64,000 nucleotides of DNA, from NCBI GenBank assembly GCA_012295275.1, contig CM022676.1, positions 8,804,001 to 8,868,000 of the forward strand, in the 5' to 3' direction. The position numbers were made by a program, and so were the translations under genes. Every line of letters starts with the position of its first letter. Within the stretch, counting starts at the first letter, position 1. Below, piece by piece: positions 55,604-64,000 of this stretch. The notes below the pieces were generated by a model. That model was not told the DNA's origin, searched no databases, and saw only the letters and a program-made list of their open reading frames with translations. The DNA comes from Chrysomallon squamiferum. Its lineage: Eukaryota > Animalia > Mollusca.

Positions 55604-55895
55604 ATGTATATGTATATCGCGAAGTTCCAGACTGCGTGTATTTTGTAATTTTTTACTTTTGTGTGCATCTTGTGTTTGTTCATATATGTATTCATTTTTA
55701 AGAATATTGAATTTAATAAATAACAATGCTATTATCAAGATTACGTATGTGGTACTTGATAAAAGTAAAAACATTTGTTTTATATTAAGTAATAGTTTTA
55801 AAATGTCATGACCTACAGCTTATCTAATAACAACAAATTCCGGAATGAACAATATAATAAAAAGAAAATAATTTAAACATTTTTGTTTTCAGTGA
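54616..55895 (+). CDS. Gene C4: signal peptide + single Ig-like domain, ~134 aa; join(54616..54670,55023..55369,55893..55895); 3' end uncertain
   Basis: Leader MAFSTNIIFFLLSFSTCS, open 347-nt Ig exon with canonical splice sites, downstream exons 55893-55946 and 56154 onward. Confidence 0.75.
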
Positions 55896-56040
55896 GATTA
55901 GAAAAAGCTAGTCACAGAGTGCTTCGTGTCATTCGATGATTTACATGTAAGGAAAATAATATTTATTTATTTATTTATTTAAAATGATTAATAAATATTA
56001 AATATTTGGATTCGAATGTAATAATATAGATCTCTCCAGC

Positions 56041-56088
<48 letters not shown>

Positions 56089-56857
56089 TTATAGATATAG
56101 CAATGAATTTAATCTATGGGTGCCAAATTAATTCAATATCTTTGGTTTTGTAGATTAGTCAGCTTAATCCACATAGCTGGTTTACCAACAATCACCACTG
56201 AAGTAATATTCGATGGACATTTGTTTACATTATTCCTGTTGCAGTTTCAAAATTTGTTCTAATGTTCAGAAAATGAAGATACATTGTTACATGTATATAG
56301 TTTGCTTTTTTCTTTCTTGTATTTTTCAAATCATTTATATTCTCTTGTTTATAAATTCAAAGACTATTCTTTATTTATTTATTTATTTTATTTTACTTTA
56401 TTTTATTTTACTTTATTTTATTTTATTTTATTTTTTTATTTCAATTATCTATTTATGTGTTTGTTTCATTTCAGTTTATTTGTATTATTTCAGCTTTCTT
56501 CATAGTTTATCTATCTATTTATTTATAGATTTATTTATTTTTCTTTTCTCTTTCATTTATGTTGTTCATATTATTTATTTCCTTTGATTTATTTCTTTAT
56601 TTGTGTTTAGGTTCTATCATGTACAATAAATTAACATTTTTTATTATTACAGTTTTTACGAGATGATATTATAGATACTATTTTAATGTTTTATTATTAT
56701 AATATTGTTTGCTTAGATGATATCCTGACTCTAATTTAATGGTTTTTTGTTATTCTATCATGGACCCTAACTGAACATTTTTCCGTTACAATAGTTTGTA
56801 CTTGTTTTGCGTCATTCATTTATTTATAACTATTATTATTATTATTATTATTATTAC

Positions 56858-56889
<32 letters not shown>

Positions 56890-58454
56890 TTTGTTTTTTC
56901 TTTATTATTATTATTATTAATACTGTATTAAGTTACAAACTCTCCATTGCTGATTTAATAGTTCTATTTTATACGTAATGGTTACTCTTAATGTTTATAA
57001 AAAATAAAAAAAGGTTTGTGTAACAATCTTGTGTTCTTACTTTTTTGTTTTTATTTTTGTTGTTGTTGTTTTTGTAACAATTCTGCATCATCACACAACT
57101 TTATGTTAAACAGTTCAGACGAATAAGTACATTTATGTTAAGTAATATTAATACTAACATACTTTATACACAGAATATCACCAAAACCAAAACCTCAAAT
57201 AATAACATTGTTAACAACATTGAACAACATTTTAGTGTTACAGTTGAGGAATGGTAGAATATATCGTCCCATTTTGGCACATGCGATCACATCCACAAAG
57301 TCAATAACTTTATTATAATGATACTGAGCATACATTTGCTTTGTTACATATTTCATACCTGGAGATTTCGAAATTATTATAAAGATCTGTGCATTTTTTT
57401 TTTATCATTGGAATTATTATTTTTTTATTTTTGTGTGTGTTTTATTTGTTGTATTTTGAATTCAGTTGTTGACTGATTTAAAGTATCTACCTACGGATGT
57501 TTCTTTATGGGAAAGATTAAGTGAATCGAGTAAAATATTTAAATTTTAGTTAAGTTCTTAAGTTGAGAAAAAACTACAAAATGCGAAAAACATGCATGGA
57601 TGCCTGAAGTGATTCTTTCAAATAGTTGTTAATAATATTAATACTAATAATAATAAGAAGAAGAAGAATAAAAAATATTATGCGAATAATAAAAATAAAT
57701 AAATGAATAATGAACAGTGTACTTACTTATTTATTTGTCTTTTTTGTTTGTTTTAATTTAATTATTTATAGATATACTTTGTTTTATTTTTGTTTTATTT
57801 TACTGATTTATTTTAATTTATTATTATTATAATATATTTTTTCTTTTTACTTTCTTTCTAAAAAGAAAACAAAAATCTTCTTTAGCAGTATAATTTTTGG
57901 AGCAAGTACATTTTCAAGAAATGGAGATCAGTAGAAACATCATTATATTTTTACAAACATTTAGCGCTTGCTCAGTTAAATTCTGTTCCATATAATTTAT
58001 ATATCATTGGAAAGACATAACCCCTCCCACACCGACCCCCCACCCAACACACATACACACACACTTTCGTAACAAACTGTTTACTGAGCAACAAGAAGAA
58101 GACGAAAAATAGCAAGAAGAAGAAGAACAATCAAAATAATAAAGAGAAGAGAAACAATAACAGCAGCAGCAGCAGCAGCAGAAACAACAACAATAACAAC
58201 AATAATAATAATGAAAAGAACACTAAGCCTCAGTACAGATGGGACAAGTCTGTTCTTTCGTCAAGCTGCAACATTGTTTGACAAACAACGCTACATTATT
58301 TTGAAATAATGACGTAAATTATGTCTACGTTGCTGATTACGAAATCAGTCAAGGTCACTAGAATTATCTTTTTGCAAGAAGATGATTTCGATTTGGTAAC
58401 GTTTTGCATTTGTTCTTTAAAATATTCATTGATTTGAAATTTTCATGTCTATTA

Positions 58455-58485
<31 letters not shown>

Positions 58486-58650
58486 TATTTGTTTATTTAT
58501 TTATTTATTTATTTATTTTAGTACAGTGAATAAATATAAATATAAATAAACAATATACTTACTAAAATGAAAGAAAATACTAAATACAACAGGGTTCGAA
58601 ATTAATAAACCAAATTAACCAACCAATTAAAAAAAAACAGTTAAAAAAAA

Positions 58651-58707
<57 letters not shown>

Positions 58708-59086
58708 GAAATCGGAAGACCGTCAAGCAGACGATAGAAGCTAAGACTGCATTCGGGAAAGTTCGGATTTATCCCCTTTTTCGGACGACATGGTCCTAAT
58801 ATTGACCTTTGACATATTTTTCACATATTGGTAATTGAAATATTAAAAAACCTGGGTCCATGTTCTTGTTAATTTTGAAATTAAAGTTGATCTCCCCAGC
58901 ATTTGTGAAATGGATGTCGGGAATCGGCGTAACTGGTGCAAGTTAAACGAAGGGATGGTACAGAACAATGTTCAAATTACTTGTTTGTCAAAATACTCCT
59001 ATAAGTAATATTCCATCAAAGGAATTTACTATTAACAAGTTTATTTTATTTGCAATTAAATAAAAACCAAGTATCTTTGCGGGCGA

Positions 59087-59148
<62 letters not shown>

Positions 59149-60263
59149 CTTTGTAACATTCTGTATATATTATATATCTACGTGTGTGTGTTTATGTGTG
59201 TGTGACGGTGTGTGAAATGTAAGATAGTTTCTGTGGCTCTGAAAGTAAAAGATCGCCACGCATTGTGATAATTGATATTTATGAGAATGTGACGTTGAGT
59301 TGGCGATGCGCTGTTAATAATAATCATTTTTTAGATTCAGTGGATCAAGCGCATATCTGTTTTCGAAGGACGAAGAAAATATTTTAAAAAGTTATGAATG
59401 TATCTTTATACAGTGGCATGTTAAAACATTTGTAGCGATCACTAAAATTCATGCGCAATAATTTAGCAATGCAAAGTCTGCTATAGCAGCCTTGATTACA
59501 CAGGCATCGTGAGAAGTCGGAGATTTCACAGGAATCGAATCGCGTCTCCTCGAAACGTCAGAGGTGGTCATTTGTAAAAATGACAGTCTCCGCTTCGGAT
59601 TACATAGTAGAGCTACCACTGCCTCAACTTACGAGTTTTTCGAGTTAAGAGCAGTCGCCGGTGCAGATTTCTGCTTTGAATTGTCAGACTAAATCCGAGT
59701 TACGAGCGACCTTCAGATAGGACGCCGCTAATTGGCGTAACGAACAACGTAACATCCGGCCAGCATCCCGCGTCTCACTCGTTTACTTCACGTGGTTCCT
59801 CGCCGCGGAAGTATCTCTGTTGAGTTGTGCTCGCGTTATGTGGAGTATTTTGCCCAATTTCCATGGGTCGTAAGAAAATTAGTGCAAAGGATAATACTGA
59901 GAACAAGAATCGGATGATCTTATTGCATTAAAGCTTGAATTGATAGAAAATGTGAGTGACTTGGCTTGGCAGAACGAGCGTAGTACTTCCACGATGTGTA
60001 CCATACCGAAGCTGAAGGAGTCGATAAAGGCTGTAACTCCAGGCAAAGGCGTTGAAATAATTTGTCTGAAATCAAAGATATCTACACTTTACGAAACGAA
60101 TTTATTCTTATTATTAATTGATTCATTTAATTATTTGTTTGTTTGTTTGTTTGTTGTTGGTTTTTTGCTTGTTTGCTTGCTTGCTTTCTTGATTCCAAGT
60201 TTGTTTCTAAAAAATTGTTCTTCTTTAGGTATATTGCTTTTGGTACAAGAACATTTTCAAGAA

Positions 60264-61440
60264 ATGGCGTTCAGTACAAACATCAGTTTCTTTCTTCTAT
60301 GCTTTAGCACTTGCAGAGGTAAAATCTGTTCTAGATAAATTGTTCTTCATTTCCACCAAATTTATATATCAGTGGAACACGCACAGACAAGTTACTTTCG
60401 CATTTAATTCAGGGAATTAGCTTACTTTCTCAAATAATTCAGTGCATCAGCTACTTTGCAAATAATTCAGTATATTAACTAATTTCTCAAATAATTCTGT
60501 ACATTAACTACTTATGCAAATAATACAGTTCATTAACTACTTTCTCAAATAATTCTGTACATTAACTACTTTCGGAAATAATTCAGGACATTAGCTCCTG
60601 TCCAGCAGTATTATAAATAAAAGAGAAAACTTTTGTTTTCACTTTTACTTTCTTAAACTTTTGTTCCAGCAATACAGCTGTCTCTTAATAAGTCGGTCTC
60701 GACAGTGACAACCAGTCAGCCTTTTTCGGTTACGTGTACTGAGTCAGAAACTCCTCTTGAGGGTGGCTCGACATACATCTATGCTGCCGGACACGTTCTT
60801 GTTGTATTTCATCAGAAATACAATTTCTGTGAAGTCAAAGGCGATGTACCTCGTGGCTACGTAGCTGTCTGTGGAGAAGGAACTGGTGATGCTTGTTCTG
60901 AAACAAAAAAATATATTATAAACATTGAGAGAGTTGACCCTGTCACATACGGAGCATGGTGGTGTGAACACTTCGAAAGCGGTAGAACTAGCAACAACGT
61001 AACTATAGCTGTGAAGGTAAGTATAGATAAATTATATTTTGTGTGTGCGTGAGTTGTGTGTATATATGTAGTGTGTGTGTGGGTTTGTGTGCTGGATTTG
61101 TTTTTGTTCGGTTTGTTTTTGTATATATACTTATTTGTATTTATCTGTTTTAATGTTTTTTGTGTAGACTGCCAGACTGCGTGTATTTTGTAATTTTTTA
61201 CATTTGTGTGCATCTTGTGTTTGTTCATATATGTATTCATTTTTAAGAATATTGAATTTAATAAATAACAATGCTATTATCAAGATTACGTATGTGGTAC
61301 TTGATAAAAGTAAAAACATTTGTTTTATATTAAGTAATAGTTTTAAAATGTCATGACCTACAGCTTATCTAATAACAACAAATTCCGGAATGAACAATAT
61401 AATAAAAAGAAAATAATTTAAACATTTTTGTTTTCAGTGA
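60264..61440 (+). CDS. Gene C5: signal peptide + single Ig-like domain, ~134 aa; join(60264..60318,60670..61016,61438..61440); 3' end uncertain
   Basis: Leader MAFSTNISFFLLCFSTCR, open 347-nt Ig exon with canonical splice sites, downstream exon 61438-61492. Confidence 0.75.
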
Positions 61441-61586
61441 GATTAGAAAAAAGCTAGTCACAGAGTGCTTCGTGTCATTCGATGATTTACATGTAAGGAA
61501 AATAATATTTATTTATTTATTTATTTAAAATGATTAATAAATATTAAATATTTGGATTCGAATGTAATAATATAGATCTCTCCAGC

Positions 61587-61662
<76 letters not shown>

Positions 61663-62405
61663 TTATAGATATAGCAATGAATTTAATCTATGGGTGCCAA
61701 ATTAATTCAATATCTTTGGTTTTGTAGATTAGTCAGCTTAATCCACATAGCTGGTTTACCAACAATCACCACTGAAGTAATATTCGATGGACATTTGTTT
61801 ACATTATTCCTGTTGCAGTTTCAAAATTTGTCCAAATGTTCAGAAAATGAAGATACATTGTTACATGTATATAGTTTGCTTTTTTCTTGCTTGTATTTTT
61901 CAAATCATTTATATTCTCTTGTTTATAAATTCAAAGACTATTCTTTATTTATTTATTTATTTATTTATTTTATTTATTTTATTTATTTTACTTTATTTTA
62001 TTTTATTTTATTTTTTTATTTCAATTATCTATTTATGTGTTTGTTTCATTTCAGTTTATTTCTATTATTTCAGTTTTCTTCATAGTTTATCTATCTATTT
62101 ATTTATAGATTTATTTATTTTTCTTTTCTCTTTCATTTATGTTGTTCATATTATTTATTTCCTTTGATTTATTTCTTTATTTGTGTTTAGGTCCTATCAT
62201 GTACAATAAATTAACATTTTTTATTATTACAGTTTTTACGAGATGATATTATAGATACTATTTTAATGTTTTATTATTATAATATTGTTTGCTTAGATGA
62301 TATCCTGACTCTAATTTAATGGTTTGTTTATTCTATCAAGGACCCTAACTGAACATTTTTCCGTTACAATAGTTTGTACTGTTTTTGCATTATTTATTCA
62401 TTCAT

Positions 62406-62456
<51 letters not shown>

Positions 62457-62460
62457 TAAC

Positions 62461-62521
<61 letters not shown>

Positions 62522-63029
62522 TTTTATTTTGTTTTTTATTTATTATTATCACAAACTCTCCATTGCAAATGTTATGGTTCTATTTTATACATAATGGTTA
62601 CCCTTAATGTTTAGAAAAAAAAAAAAAAAAGGTTTGTTTAACAATCTTGTTTTGTTACCTTTTTATTTGTTTTTATTTTTGTTGTTGTTTTTTTGTAACA
62701 ATTCTGCATCATCACACAACTTTATGTTAAACAGTTCAGACGAATAAGTACATTTATGTTAAGTAATATTAATACTAACATACTTTATACACAGAATATC
62801 ACCAAAACCAAAACCGCAAATAATAACATTGTTAACAACATTGAACCACTTTTTAGTGTTACAGTTGAGGAATGGTAGAACCTATCGTCCCATTTTGGCA
62901 CACGCGATCACATCCACAAAGTCAATAACTTTATTATAATGATATTGAGCATACACTTGCTTAACCTGGAGATTTTGTAATTATTATAAATATCTGCTTT
63001 CTTTTTCTTTTTTTTATCTTTTGGAATTA

Positions 63030-63754
63030 CAGTATTCCCTCGCTATTCGCGGGGGTTACGTTCTTTACCCCCCCCCGCGAATAGCGAAAAACCGCGAATA
63101 TTGGATGCAGTTTTAAAACGTCTATTATGAGATTATATACGGTACTAAATGCTTCCCAAACACTTTCTAAAGACACTCTTACTCATTAATACAGTAATAA
63201 TGTAGTAATATTGCATGCAGTTATGTATTTCACTAATGTAGTAATGATAATGTAAACACATTTTAATTTTGTACTGAAACAATATTTTAATCAGAAAGAA
63301 ACGTAAGTACAGGAGGACAGTAACACCGCATAGCATAGTTACCCATACTGTATTACTGTACCGTAAAGTCATTTTCTATGCGTACAACATATGTATTAGA
63401 ACTGACAGAAAGTGGAACAAATTTAAAGGCAAACAGACAGATAAATACAGTACGCACAGTTCAGGTAATAATAATACAATTCAGTAATAATATGCAATCA
63501 AAAACATTATTAATACACGGTCACAAAAAATATGCACTGTACATACAGTGTATGCATTTATAAAAAAATACGTACTGTATTGCAATAATAATTGAAAAAA
63601 TTTCATATTGTTTGTGCGGTTTACCGAGCATTTGTTTTTATGACGTTATGACGCTCGCCTGGTATACCAGCATACTATGCGATAGGGTTAAGAGCCTAAC
63701 CCGCGAATATGCGGGGCCGCGAATGGGGAACCGCGAACAGGTGAGGGTATACTG
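63030..63754. mobile_element. 725-bp Tigger/pogo-like MITE with TA target-site duplication
   Basis: TIRs CAGTATTCCCTCGCTATTCGCGG / CCGCGAACAGGTGAGGGTATACTG, TA on both flanks; paralogous units show the empty site (GGAATTATTA at ~50902 and ~57410). Confidence 0.9.
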
Positions 63755-64000
63755 TAATATTATTATTATTATTTTTGTGTGTGTGTTTTATTTGTTGTAT
63801 TTTTTGTTGTATTTTGAATTCAGTTGTTGACTAATTTCAAGTATCTACTTACGGATGTTTCTTTCTGGGAAAGATTAACTGAATCCAGTTCTTTAGTTGA
63901 GAAAAAACTACAAAATGCGAAAAACATGCATGGATGCCTGAAGTGATTCTTTTAAATAGTTGTTAATAATATTAATACTAATAAGAAGAAGAAGAAGAAG

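Larger units (their letters stand above)
47755..64000 (+). repeat. Right tandem array of type-C units (periods 6373 and 5647 bp), continuing off the window
   Basis: Ig-exon starts at 48650, 55023 and 60670; units align with each other and, inverted, with the left array. Confidence 0.95.

Noticed and set aside
48650-61016. Dscam-like mutually exclusive exon array or V(D)J-like segments
   Set aside because: Each Ig exon has its own leader and 3' exons and copies lie on both strands; I saw no heptamer/nonamer signals at exon ends.

Overview
AT-rich, microsatellite-dense eukaryotic DNA, probably from an invertebrate (a mollusc/gastropod origin is my inference from repeat style, not proven). Nearly all ORF-track entries are simple-repeat artefacts. 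The real content is a cluster of eight paralogous spliced genes for small proteins made of a signal peptide plus one ~115-aa Ig-like domain (C...C...CG.gT...C?S..K.Y.l.I...W.C). Type A has 1 copy, type B has 2 copies (B, B'), and type C has 4 intact-looking copies; there are also 2 disrupted C copies (8 or 9 loci depending on how relics are counted) and several orphan leader exons. Left-arm genes are on the minus strand and right-arm genes on the plus strand, diverging from ~38.6 kb. The arms include a ~6.5-kb inverted duplication and 5.6-7.4-kb tandem units. Recently duplicated copies differ almost only by amino-acid-changing substitutions concentrated in the Ig exon (B vs B': 24 replacement vs 2 silent codons; C2 vs C3: 17 vs 1, counted by hand), which suggests a rapidly diversifying recognition system. 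A and B end in a hydrophobic GPI-signal-like tail. C copies appear to stop right after the Ig domain unless a second splice acceptor is used. Pogo/Tigger-type transposon derivatives are also present.
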